Source: Candidatus Margulisiibacteriota bacterium
Lineage (GTDB): Bacteria > Margulisbacteria > Marinamargulisbacteria > JBFWNS01
Reading direction: 5' to 3'
Assembly: GCA_050250935.1 (NCBI GenBank)
Contig: JBFWNS010000002.1
Span: 199,793-263,792, forward strand
Length of the DNA: 64,000 nt
This document shows positions 10,280 through 19,428 of the stretch, piece by piece (position 1 is the stretch's first letter; each line of letters starts with the position of its first letter). The notes beneath the pieces were generated by a model. The model made no database searches and was not told where the DNA came from. It worked only from the letters and a program-made list of their open reading frames with translations. A program made the translations under genes and the position numbers.

Positions 10280-12319
10280 ATGACACGTTTTCGTTTAACC
10301 GTGTTGATACTCGGCTTTTTGGCCGGGGGTCAGCCGCTTTTGTTTGCCGATATCCCCCTACCCGAAATTACGGTTCGCAGCTCTGCTTTAACCCAAGAAC
10401 TTACACCCAGCGCTTCGCATACCCACCAACGCATTACCGATACCCAAATCCAAACCCTGCCTGGGGGTAGCATCCAACCCTTGTCCAAGGTGATGATTGG
10501 CACCCAACCCGGTGTTGTGGCCGGCAGCTTGGGCCAAGTTTTTATTCGGGGCAACCACGGTGGGGTTTTGTATACCCTAGACGGTGTCCCCTTGCCCGAT
10601 TCCATGGCAACGGCCATGGGCTCGATGGTGTCCTTGGATGCCATTGAGGACATGGATATTATCACCGGCGGACTGCCTGCCGAATATGGCAACCGTTTAT
10701 CGGCGGCAGTGAATCTAACCTCTAAAACCGGAAGGCTTGCCCCAGAAGGCAGCTTTTCTTTGGGATATGGGTCTTACAACACCTTTTTTCCCAGCTTTAG
10801 TTATGGCGGAACCAATTCGACGGGTTCGCTTCGGTATTTTATGGCAGCCAATTTCAAAACCACAGACCGAGGTTTGGACACCCCTACCCCAAAAAATGCC
10901 TCGGACCCTTATGCGGGTGGCAGCTCGGATAGCTTGCACAATACCAGCCGAAGCACCAACTCCTTTGCCAAAGTGGACTGGGACGCCGATGCCAGCACCC
11001 AGTGGAGCTTGACCGCTTTGCATGGCCAAAACTATTTTGAACTGCCCATTGATCCGGCCATCTCCCAATCTCAAAACACCCAAAAAGAACAGAACACCAC
11101 CCTCCAACTCAACTGGAAAAAACAACTTTCAGACACAACGGTGGTGACGTTGGCCCCCTATTGGAAATACGCCGACGTGGTCTATACCGGAGACCCCACC
11201 CACGATTTAGCCATCAGCCAAGACGATGTGATTCCAACCTCGTTTTTCCAAAGCCGTCACACCAACACCTTCGGTCTTAAAGGGGATGCCACTTTAACAG
11301 CGAACCCCCTACACAAACTCAAAGTGGGGTTTTTAACCACCTATTCACAGTCCGAGGGGGATATCACCATCATCACCACCGACACCACCGTTCGGGATGG
11401 AAATCCCAGCAAGGCCACGGCCCAAAGTGTGTATATTCAAGACGACATAACCCTGGCGCCAAATTTTGTGGTGAATGCCGGGCTGCGCTTGGATGCCACC
11501 CAAGTCGCCTTTGCCGATACCACCGCTGTCGATAGCGCACTTAGCCCTCGTTTGGGCGCCAGCTATATGCTGACACCCGACACCAAAGTCCACGCCTTTT
11601 ATGGCAAATTGTTCCAGCCTGCACCGGCAGAGAATTTACGGTCTAGCTTTAGCAGTGTAGGCGGCGGAACGTTGTCGCCCTACGACATCAAAGCCGAAAA
11701 AAGCGATTTTTATGAGGTGGGCATAGAGCAAAAATGGGGCAGTCAATGGGTTAATCTGACTTCTTTTTATAAATCCGCCATCAACATTATCGATGAAACC
11801 CAGTTGCTCAATACCCCGATGACCCAACCGTTTAACCTGGCCACCGGCTATGCCTATGGGGTGGAACTTGGCCTTCACGGTAAGCTCACTCACCAGCTCA
11901 GCCATTACCTAAATTATGCCTACACCATCGCCAAAGGCCGTGGAATCAGCGGGGGTATTTTTGCTTTTTCACCCGACGATTTGCCCAGCGATCAGGAACA
12001 ATATTTGGACCATCTTCAAATTCACACCTTCAACGCTGGCCTTACGTATCGCCACGATCAGTTTTGGTCCACCTTGCAGGCCACCTATGGCAGCGGTCTT
12101 CGAACAGGCCCAGACAACAACGACGCCCTGCCAGCCCACCTGACCTTCGACACCACCATCGGGCAAGGTTTTGACACAGACTTTGGAACGTTTAAAGTGG
12201 CCTTGGATGTTCTGAATATCCTGGATAACGCCCACCCCATTACCCTGTCGAACGGGTTTAACGGCACCCATTACGCCGCCGGAAGAACCTGGATGCTTCG
12301 GGTAACCAAAACCTTCTAG
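10280..12319 (+). CDS. TonB-dependent outer-membrane receptor
   Basis: Signal peptide, TonB-box-like EITVRSS and plug motif IRGNHGGVLYTLDGVPL. Beta-barrel body ends in the terminal aromatic ...LRVTKTF. Confidence 0.85.
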   Translation: MTRFRLTVLILGFLAGGQPLLFADIPLPEITVRSSALTQELTPSASHTHQRITDTQIQTLPGGSIQPLSKVMIGTQPGVVAGSLGQVFIRGNHGGVLYTLDGVPLPDSMATAMGSMVSLDAIEDMDIITGGLPAEYGNRLSAAVNLTSKTGRLAPEGSFSLGYGSYNTFFPSFSYGGTNSTGSLRYFMAANFKTTDRGLDTPTPKNASDPYAGGSSDSLHNTSRSTNSFAKVDWDADASTQWSLTALHGQNYFELPIDPAISQSQNTQKEQNTTLQLNWKKQLSDTTVVTLAPYWKYADVVYTGDPTHDLAISQDDVIPTSFFQSRHTNTFGLKGDATLTANPLHKLKVGFLTTYSQSEGDITIITTDTTVRDGNPSKATAQSVYIQDDITLAPNFVVNAGLRLDATQVAFADTTAVDSALSPRLGASYMLTPDTKVHAFYGKLFQPAPAENLRSSFSSVGGGTLSPYDIKAEKSDFYEVGIEQKWGSQWVNLTSFYKSAINIIDETQLLNTPMTQPFNLATGYAYGVELGLHGKLTHQLSHYLNYAYTIAKGRGISGGIFAFSPDDLPSDQEQYLDHLQIHTFNAGLTYRHDQFWSTLQATYGSGLRTGPDNNDALPAHLTFDTTIGQGFDTDFGTFKVALDVLNILDNAHPITLSNGFNGTHYAAGRTWMLRVTKTF

Positions 12320-12335
12320 TTCCGCCTGGATCGCT

Positions 12336-12362
12336 TCCCTCCCCAGATGTTTTGGGGAGGGA
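12336..12362. terminator. Perfect 9-bp stem hairpin between convergent TonB-receptor and P450 genes
   Basis: tccctcccc-agatgtttt-ggggaggga. A T-run (tctttttt) follows about 20 nt later on the plus strand. Confidence 0.35.
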
Positions 12363-12388
12363 GGTCTCCGCGCAAGCTAAGGTCTTTT

Positions 12389-14038
12389 TTAAGAGACGGG
12401 GCCAACCATCACGCTTTGCATACACGCATACAAGGTTCCGATAAAGTTCCGTGGACATGTGTCTGGATGCGGTGAACCGGGCACAGTCGTCACCGTGGAT
12501 CGTCTGAACAAAGCCTCAATCACACGATAAAGCGTTTTGGGCGCATGTCCCACGGCAGGACATGTGACATTTCCACCACCAAATGCCGTGGTTTTTGGCA
12601 AAGATTCATCTGCCCAACGTTCGGGTTTAAACGCTGTTGGATCGACAAACACGTCTGGGTCTTGCCCCATCCACAACGAATTTAATACCACAAAACTCCC
12701 TTTAGGGATGACTTTTCCAGAAGCCAAAGTGATAGACTCTTGCGGAATAATCGGGACCAACGGGGATGGCGGGTCCAGCCGCAGCACTTCTTGGATAACC
12801 TGTCTTAATAAGGGAGAATCTCCAGATTCCAACTCACGTCTAATTTGTGCTGTCCACTCAGAACTGCTCTGGTGAGCCAACCGGTATAGGGTCCACGACA
12901 AAGCGGTGGCCAGTGCATCTGAACCCACATGTAAAATGGCCGTGACTTGGCGGACATAAGCCTCACTTTTTAAAAGGGCATGAAGCTGATCGGGGTTATC
13001 TCTTAATGCGTGTAACTTTGCTTCGTATTTGGCTGTACCCAAAGCACCGTACTTGCCTTGGGCTTGTTCATCCATCATTTTACAAACCATCTGCAGGGCA
13101 AAAGGAAGCTTTGCATAACAAACTGGCTTTTCTGAATCTGAAAGAACAAGGTCAGACGTTAACTGAGCTTGCATCGTGTCAAACAAGAGGGTATCCAGAA
13201 GTTCTCCGGCCATTTCAAATTCACTATCAATCGCACTTGGACGCATCCACAAATCGGTTATTTTTTGATAAACACCCAAAAAGGCATCGGCCAGCACCAA
13301 TGCCAACCTCGGATCCGGATTTGGAATCCCAAAAGCCTGCCTTAACATCACCCCCATGCTAAACGTATGGGCCAATGCAGAAAGATCCATCGATTGCTTA
13401 GGATCCACATACAACAGGGCCGCTTCCATGCTGTTGACCACATCCGCTTCAGAAGGCACTTTGGTTGCCTGTTTGTAGAACAGGGTCATCATCTGATGAT
13501 CTTTTGGAAGCGCAGAAAACGGGGATTCTCCAAAAAACCGATTTCGAACAAAGGCCATGGGTTGCCGCAAATGGGCAACTGTTGAATACCCCGTCTCTGG
13601 GTTCAGTTTGACACGGTCTAGAAACTCTTTTTGTTCCGCATTGGTGGACAAGTACACCGAATGACCGTCGCCTAGTTTTGTAGGTAAAGACGTTGGCGTC
13701 CTTCCAGCTTGTTTGGCCGCTTGATCAGCCTGATATTGTTCTGCTCCACGTTGCTTCAAAAAGGCTCCAAGTTCTGTTCCATAGGTTCGCCCAGCTGCAT
13801 TGGTTGGGTCTTTTGCAAGACGATTAGACAGAAAACCGGGGGTTGGCGCATCTTTGGGATGGTGCACACGAATGTCTTGTAAGGATGTAGCCGGGTCTAT
13901 GTCGGACTTACCAGTTTTTCTATTCACCCCATAGTGAATGGTGGGGTCCCCAAACAAATAATCCCCCACCCTTCTCACAAAATCCCGCTTAGCCGGGGAC
14001 GGTAAATGATAGGTTCGAACACTGATAAATTTGTACAT
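12389..14038 (-). CDS. Cytochrome P450-like protein, extended (549 aa) with non-canonical heme loop
   Basis: ExxR motif (EVLRLDPP), PERW motif (FKPERW) and Cys-ligand loop FGGGNVTCPAVG (FxxGxxxCxA). Roughly 150 extra N-terminal residues. Confidence 0.7.
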   Translation of the reverse strand: MYKFISVRTYHLPSPAKRDFVRRVGDYLFGDPTIHYGVNRKTGKSDIDPATSLQDIRVHHPKDAPTPGFLSNRLAKDPTNAAGRTYGTELGAFLKQRGAEQYQADQAAKQAGRTPTSLPTKLGDGHSVYLSTNAEQKEFLDRVKLNPETGYSTVAHLRQPMAFVRNRFFGESPFSALPKDHQMMTLFYKQATKVPSEADVVNSMEAALLYVDPKQSMDLSALAHTFSMGVMLRQAFGIPNPDPRLALVLADAFLGVYQKITDLWMRPSAIDSEFEMAGELLDTLLFDTMQAQLTSDLVLSDSEKPVCYAKLPFALQMVCKMMDEQAQGKYGALGTAKYEAKLHALRDNPDQLHALLKSEAYVRQVTAILHVGSDALATALSWTLYRLAHQSSSEWTAQIRRELESGDSPLLRQVIQEVLRLDPPSPLVPIIPQESITLASGKVIPKGSFVVLNSLWMGQDPDVFVDPTAFKPERWADESLPKTTAFGGGNVTCPAVGHAPKTLYRVIEALFRRSTVTTVPGSPHPDTCPRNFIGTLYACMQSVMVGPVS

Positions 14039-14505
14039 ACTTAGTTTCCTGTCCTTATGAGGGTGTTTTGACGGTGTTCATTCGCACTTCTGCTTTTCTT
14101 AAATAACCTTGAAGTCACCGCAGTCAGACAATTCGCACTATTTCCAGCTCTTAAAGCCGCAAAAACCGGCTCTACCCCTTCGGGGGATGATCCGTATTCC
14201 CGACCAGAGCTTTACCCGGATTTTAGCGTATGCTTCATCGTTGAAGGGCTTCAAAATAAGGATGAGGGGATATTGAATCGATGCGATAGCAATAGAGGAA
14301 AGCCAATGACTCGTCGTAGATATAGGCCCTATCAGAAAGGGCTATCTGTTTAAACATTTTTACAGAACTATAGCGATGATTCCAAACCCTGTAAATATAC
14401 TTACAAAAATTATCCTAGCTTGGATGCATTTTTTTAATTTTTGTTAACTTAATTTCTCTTTAAGAAATTCGCCAAGAATCGCTTCCCACTGTATGATAAA
14501 TTTCT

Positions 14506-15741
14506 ATGAACCACACCTCCTTTTTTAAGCTTCTCTCCTCTCGTTTTTTGTATTCCATGGCGGTTCAAATTCAGGCTCTGGTCTTGGGCTGGCAGATGTA
14601 TACCTTGACCCACAGCCCGGTCTATTTGGGGTTGATTGGATTGGCCGAGGCGGTTCCAGCCCTTAGCTTGGCCTTGTTTTCGGGATACCTGATCGACCGC
14701 TCTAATCCCATGAAAATGTTAACCTTTTCCATTGTGGTGGGTCTGGTTTCAGCTTCGTTTTTGTGGGCACCCCATTTGCCCGGTATCCATCTGGGGTTGA
14801 AACTGCAAATCATCTGCCTGTTTTTGTCTTCTTTTTTGACTGGCATTTCCAGATCGTTTTTACACCCCAGCGTCTTTGCCATCGTGCCCCGCATTGTCGA
14901 GCGCAGCTATTTGCCAAAATCCTCGGCGTGGATGACGATGGCCTATCAAACCGCCAGTGTGTCTGGCCCAGCCATTGGGGGGCTATTGTTTGGATTTTTT
15001 GGCATTTTTACAGCTGCCTCGGTGGTGGTGGGACTAACCACCTTGTCTTTGCTGGGATTAAGTTTGACCCATTTTGCTTGGACCCCTGCCCCGCAACAAC
15101 CGGTTCGGGGGCGGTTTAAAGTCGAGTTGATGTCTGGGCTTCGATTTGTGTTTAAACACCCGCTCTTATTGCCTGCCCTATCCTTGGACATGATTTCGGT
15201 GTTGTTTGGGGGCATTACGGCTTTGCTTCCTATTTATGCAGCCGAAATCTTGTTTGTGGGGCCCATTGGACTGGGCTGGCTTCGGGCAGCAACAGCCATT
15301 GGTGCCGGCGGCGTCAGTCTTGCGCTCACCCAAATTGAAATCAAAAAGAAAGCCGGTCGCTTGCTATTGGGCTCTGTAACAGGGTTTGGGGTTTGCATTT
15401 TGGTGTTTGCCATCAGCAAAAACTATGTCTTGTCTTTCGGAGCCTTGCTGCTGAGTGGCATGTTCGATTCCGTCAGTGCGGTGATCCGCTCGGCCTTGGT
15501 TCAATTGTCCTCGCCCGACGAGCTTCGGGGCCGCATTTCTGCAGTGAACATGGTTTTTATCAGCTCTTCGAACGAGCTTGGGGAATTTGAATCGGGCATG
15601 GCGGCTAAGTTGTTGGGCACTGTTCCTGCTGCCGTCTTTGGCGGCATTGTTTGCTTGCTAACGGTGGGTACCGTAACCCTGTTTTCAAAACCCCTGCGGG
15701 AATTGGATTTGTCTAGGCTTAGGCCGGAAGAGACGTTGTAA
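14506..15741 (+). CDS. MFS transporter
   Basis: 12-TM profile with MFS-like loop motifs. Confidence 0.85.
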   Translation: MNHTSFFKLLSSRFLYSMAVQIQALVLGWQMYTLTHSPVYLGLIGLAEAVPALSLALFSGYLIDRSNPMKMLTFSIVVGLVSASFLWAPHLPGIHLGLKLQIICLFLSSFLTGISRSFLHPSVFAIVPRIVERSYLPKSSAWMTMAYQTASVSGPAIGGLLFGFFGIFTAASVVVGLTTLSLLGLSLTHFAWTPAPQQPVRGRFKVELMSGLRFVFKHPLLLPALSLDMISVLFGGITALLPIYAAEILFVGPIGLGWLRAATAIGAGGVSLALTQIEIKKKAGRLLLGSVTGFGVCILVFAISKNYVLSFGALLLSGMFDSVSAVIRSALVQLSSPDELRGRISAVNMVFISSSNELGEFESGMAAKLLGTVPAAVFGGIVCLLTVGTVTLFSKPLRELDLSRLRPEETL

Positions 15742-16864
15742 AAAAAGTCTCTGCAGCGTTTCGATCGATGATCATCGGCACTGCATTTGGGTAGATCTTT
15801 AAAAACTTCTCTAACCCGCGATGCCGGCTGGCTTTATGGTCAGATTTAACTTCGATCGCGTACAATTTTTCATTGGTTTGAAACACAAAATCCACCTCAT
15901 CATTACCGTCTCGATAATAGGAAAGTTGGCCTTTTTGAAGCGATAAATGGGCACCAACAGCCGCCTCTAGAAGTCGCCCTTTCCAAATTGAGTCTTCTTT
16001 TTTGGAGCCATGAAGGGCCTGAGGCAAGGCGTTGTTTAAGGGAAGTAACTTTGGTGCGGACGATCGTCGTCGGAGTTCAGACCCGCCATATTTTTGAAGA
16101 GCTTTAACTAAAAATGCCCCTTCAAACAAGGTCAAATAATGCTGAATGGTGGTGATGTTACCCTTATCTTGTAATTGCCCCAACAACTTGGTCAGGGAAA
16201 TTTCCTGGGCCGGATAGGCCATTGCAAGTTCAAAACACTGTCGAAAAAGGGCTGGCTTGTGCACCGTTGCTACTTGCAAGATATCTTTGGACAAAACCGG
16301 TTCGATAATGCCGTATTTAACATAGTCTTCCCAACGCTCTTGATTCGAAACCAATTCTGCGGCGCCCGGATAGCCGCCATAGGTTAAATAGGTCTCCAAG
16401 TTCCAACCAAAAGCTTCTTTACAATGGGTATAGCTCCAATGTGGGGCAAAAATCAATTCAAATCGGCCCGCCAAGCTTTCCGAAAGTCCTTGCTGAATAC
16501 TTAAGCTCGCCGAACCCAAGAGCACCACTTTCATGGAACGAGAGGCCCGTTCTTGATCAAACATGACTTTAATCACCCGACTCCAATCCCGTACCTTTTG
16601 AATTTCATCAAAAACCAGCAACACATTGTTACCCATGCTTTTGGCCAATTTCCATTGAACTTCGATCCAGCTTTCGGTGGGTGCAGCCACTTCGTCTGCC
16701 GTCACCATCAAAGTAGGCCCTTTCCACCGAGAAACGATACTTTTTAGCGCTGTGGTTTTACCCACCTGCCTAGGCCCCAAGACAACCTGAATAAAATTCA
16801 AATCAGATTGAAGGCGTTGTTCTAAAAAATGTTCAAATTCCGGCTTCATTAAGTTCATATTCAA
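15719..16864 (-). CDS. AAA+ ATPase (COG1373 / DUF4143 family)
   Basis: Walker A GPRQVGKTT near the N-terminus, Walker B LLVFDEIQ, and a C-terminal DUF4143-like region. Confidence 0.8.
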   Translation of the reverse strand: MNMNLMKPEFEHFLEQRLQSDLNFIQVVLGPRQVGKTTALKSIVSRWKGPTLMVTADEVAAPTESWIEVQWKLAKSMGNNVLLVFDEIQKVRDWSRVIKVMFDQERASRSMKVVLLGSASLSIQQGLSESLAGRFELIFAPHWSYTHCKEAFGWNLETYLTYGGYPGAAELVSNQERWEDYVKYGIIEPVLSKDILQVATVHKPALFRQCFELAMAYPAQEISLTKLLGQLQDKGNITTIQHYLTLFEGAFLVKALQKYGGSELRRRSSAPKLLPLNNALPQALHGSKKEDSIWKGRLLEAAVGAHLSLQKGQLSYYRDGNDEVDFVFQTNEKLYAIEVKSDHKASRHRGLEKFLKIYPNAVPMIIDRNAAETFFTTSLPA

Positions 16865-16878
16865 CAGAATATCAAACT

Positions 16879-16920
16879 TTACTAGATATAACTAGTAATT
16901 TTACTAGATATAACTAGTAA
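16879..16920. promoter_or_regulatory. Tandem pair of identical 20-bp palindromes (TTACTAG-ATATAA-CTAGTAA) spaced 22 bp apart in a divergent promoter
   Basis: ttactagatataactagtaa occurs at 16879-16898 and again at 16901-16920. The arms are 7-bp inverted repeats. It lies between the minus-strand ATPase start (16864) and the plus-strand gene start (16972). Confidence 0.45.
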
Positions 16921-16971
16921 ATTAAGATTCTTCCCCATTTTTATGCGTGGTGCTATGTTTGTTTTTATCCC

Positions 16972-18099
16972 ATGTCAGACAAATTTTCTTTAAAAGACCA
17001 TCTGTTTAATGCCACAACCGTTGAAAAACTGGCTGCCGAACTATTGGTTGCCTATCCTGCTTTTAACTCAAAAAGCTTTACCCAAACCGTTTTGGCCAAG
17101 TTCCCTGAACTGGAGCTTAAAGCTCGGATTGCTTGGATTTCCGAAACCCTCAAACAACACCTTCCCCCCAACTATCCCGATGCCTTGGCCATTGTACTGG
17201 CCGCTTTGCCAGCGCCCTGTGACCCCAGCAAAACCGACAACGATTTTGGAAGCTTCACCTATGCCGCCTATGGCGATTTTGTGGCTAAAAATGGCTGCAC
17301 AAAACCCCATTTAACCCAAAGTTTAGAAGCCCTAAAAGCCATTACCACCCGATTTTCGGCAGAAGATGCCATTCGCCCTTTTTTGAATGCCTTTCCCAAC
17401 GAAACTTTGGCTGTTCTTAAACATTGGACCCAAGACAAGCACTATCACGTTCGTCGGCTGGTCAGCGAAGGCACCCGCCCCAAACTGCCTTGGGCACCTA
17501 AAATTTTTTTGGATCCTCGCCAAGCACTTCCGCTTTTGGACGCTCTTTTTGCAGATTCCACCCGCTATGTCACCCGCTCGGTGGCCAACCATTTAAACGA
17601 CATTGCCAAGCTGGACCCTGGCTTGGTGCTGAAAACCCTGGATCGCTGGCAAACCAGCAAACGCCAAACCCCAGCCGAAATGGCCTATCTATGCCGCCAT
17701 GCGTTGCGGGGCCTCATCAAAGCGGGGCACGCCGATACCCTGCGCTTTTTAAACTATTCGCCTGAAGCTCAGGTGAGTTTATCCCACTTCTCTCTTGAAA
17801 AATCAGTTGTCAAAATCGGGGAAGCCCTGGTTTTTTCGCTTGAATTAAGGGCTCAAAAAGCCGAACGGGTGGTGGTGGACTATGTACTTCATTTTCAAAA
17901 CAAAGCCGGCGAAATGGCCAGCAAAAAAGTGTATAAACTGACTGAATGCACCCTCCAAAAAGGCGAACCCCAGTGCTTTTCCAAACGCCACCCCCTTCGC
18001 GCCAACATGACCACCCGCCCCCTATTTCCCGGCGCTCATCGCGTGGATATTCAGATTAACGGGCAGTGTTTGGGGTCTTTGGATTTTGAATTAATTTAG
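16972..18099 (+). CDS. DNA alkylation repair protein (AlkC/AlkD-like HEAT-like repeats with C-terminal extra domain)
   Basis: About 370 aa, helical-repeat composition, with HYHVRRLVSEGTRPKLPW-type basic repeat loops. A C-terminal beta-rich ~100 aa is as in long AlkC. Confidence 0.45.
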   Translation: MSDKFSLKDHLFNATTVEKLAAELLVAYPAFNSKSFTQTVLAKFPELELKARIAWISETLKQHLPPNYPDALAIVLAALPAPCDPSKTDNDFGSFTYAAYGDFVAKNGCTKPHLTQSLEALKAITTRFSAEDAIRPFLNAFPNETLAVLKHWTQDKHYHVRRLVSEGTRPKLPWAPKIFLDPRQALPLLDALFADSTRYVTRSVANHLNDIAKLDPGLVLKTLDRWQTSKRQTPAEMAYLCRHALRGLIKAGHADTLRFLNYSPEAQVSLSHFSLEKSVVKIGEALVFSLELRAQKAERVVVDYVLHFQNKAGEMASKKVYKLTECTLQKGEPQCFSKRHPLRANMTTRPLFPGAHRVDIQINGQCLGSLDFELI

Positions 18100-18117
18100 C
18101 TGGTTGATTTCGCCCAA

Positions 18118-19419
18118 CTACGCGTTGGGAAACCACAGCTTAAGTTGCGTTCCCGGCCGATGCTCTGGGTCGCTTTCTAGGGTGATTTTCCCCTTAAAGT
18201 CGTTGACCAACCCCTGAACAATGGCTAGACCAAACCGGTGTTGCTCGCCGTTGTCTTTGAGGGCGACTTCCTGGTTAAAAAAGGTCGCTTGCTGCTCTTT
18301 GGAAAGACCAGGGCCGGTATCTCGAACACAGACACAAACCCCTTCGATGCCATCCCGACTTTCGGTTTCAGTGGACAAATACAATTCGCCACCGTCTGGC
18401 ATCACCGCCAAAGCATTGCTGATGAGGTTGGTGAAAATTTGAAACATCCCGCGCTGTGTCCCCATCACCCCTGGGGTTTCGTGCAAATAGTCCACCATTT
18501 TGATGTTCTGCTGCACACATTTGGCCTTGCTTAATTTAATGATTTTTTCCAAGGTACTTTGAACCTGAAGTTTTTCCAGCACCGTGCCCCCACCCGCCGC
18601 ACTTAGCATGCCACTGAGCACCGATTGCATGTCTTTGACCGTTTGATCCACAACCCCAATGGCACTTTTTAAACGATCCGGCTGATCGATGACAAACTGC
18701 AGCCCATAGGTGGTCATGCCCAACAAATGCAGGGGATTTTTAAGCTCGTGGGCAATCTGCTCGGTCAAAAGGGCATAGGCCCGATACCGCTCGGCCTCGG
18801 CCAGCCGCTCGGATTGGGATTTTAGAACTCGGTTTGCGGATTCGAGTTGGGCATTGGAAAGGTTTAAATCTGAAACAGCTTGTTCCAAATCCAGCAAAGC
18901 AATTTTCGAGCTATTATAATAAAAATAGATCGCAAAAATAATCATCGAAAATGTCATCAACATAATGGTGATATACACAAATTGAAGCTGAGATTTCGGC
19001 AAAATAACGGTTGGAAATAACGCATAGTTGGTTATCTCGAGCAAAATCAGACCCCCTATCGACAAAGCAATACCAAATACAGCCCCCTGCCATTCTTTTT
19101 CGCCAAAAACCACAAAAGAAACAGCCGACAAGCCATAAAACACCCACTGGATACCGCTATCTCGACCCAAAGACGACGCATAGAACAAGACAGCTGCCCA
19201 AGTACAAATTACAAGCCCCAAACGTGATATAGTGGGGAACCGTTGATTTAAATAAAGGCAAAGGGATAAAACCAGAACAACAGGCCAACAAATAAAGCTT
19301 AGAAGACTTTGCCCAATAATTTGAAAAATAATGCCCCAAGGAACCGCAATGCCAATCAGCAAAAGGGCAACATTTCGGGTCAACGTTTTCCGATTCTGAT
19401 ACCGATCTAGCTGTTGCAT
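18118..19419 (-). CDS. Membrane sensor histidine kinase (paralog of 21438-22757)
   Basis: Multi-TM N-terminal half, H-box IAHELKNPLHLL and HATPase_c G-boxes (DTGPGL, GLGLAIV). Only a 10-bp gap after the upstream gene. Confidence 0.85.
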   Translation of the reverse strand: MQQLDRYQNRKTLTRNVALLLIGIAVPWGIIFQIIGQSLLSFICWPVVLVLSLCLYLNQRFPTISRLGLVICTWAAVLFYASSLGRDSGIQWVFYGLSAVSFVVFGEKEWQGAVFGIALSIGGLILLEITNYALFPTVILPKSQLQFVYITIMLMTFSMIIFAIYFYYNSSKIALLDLEQAVSDLNLSNAQLESANRVLKSQSERLAEAERYRAYALLTEQIAHELKNPLHLLGMTTYGLQFVIDQPDRLKSAIGVVDQTVKDMQSVLSGMLSAAGGGTVLEKLQVQSTLEKIIKLSKAKCVQQNIKMVDYLHETPGVMGTQRGMFQIFTNLISNALAVMPDGGELYLSTETESRDGIEGVCVCVRDTGPGLSKEQQATFFNQEVALKDNGEQHRFGLAIVQGLVNDFKGKITLESDPEHRPGTQLKLWFPNA

Positions 19420-19428
19420 TAAAGGGTC

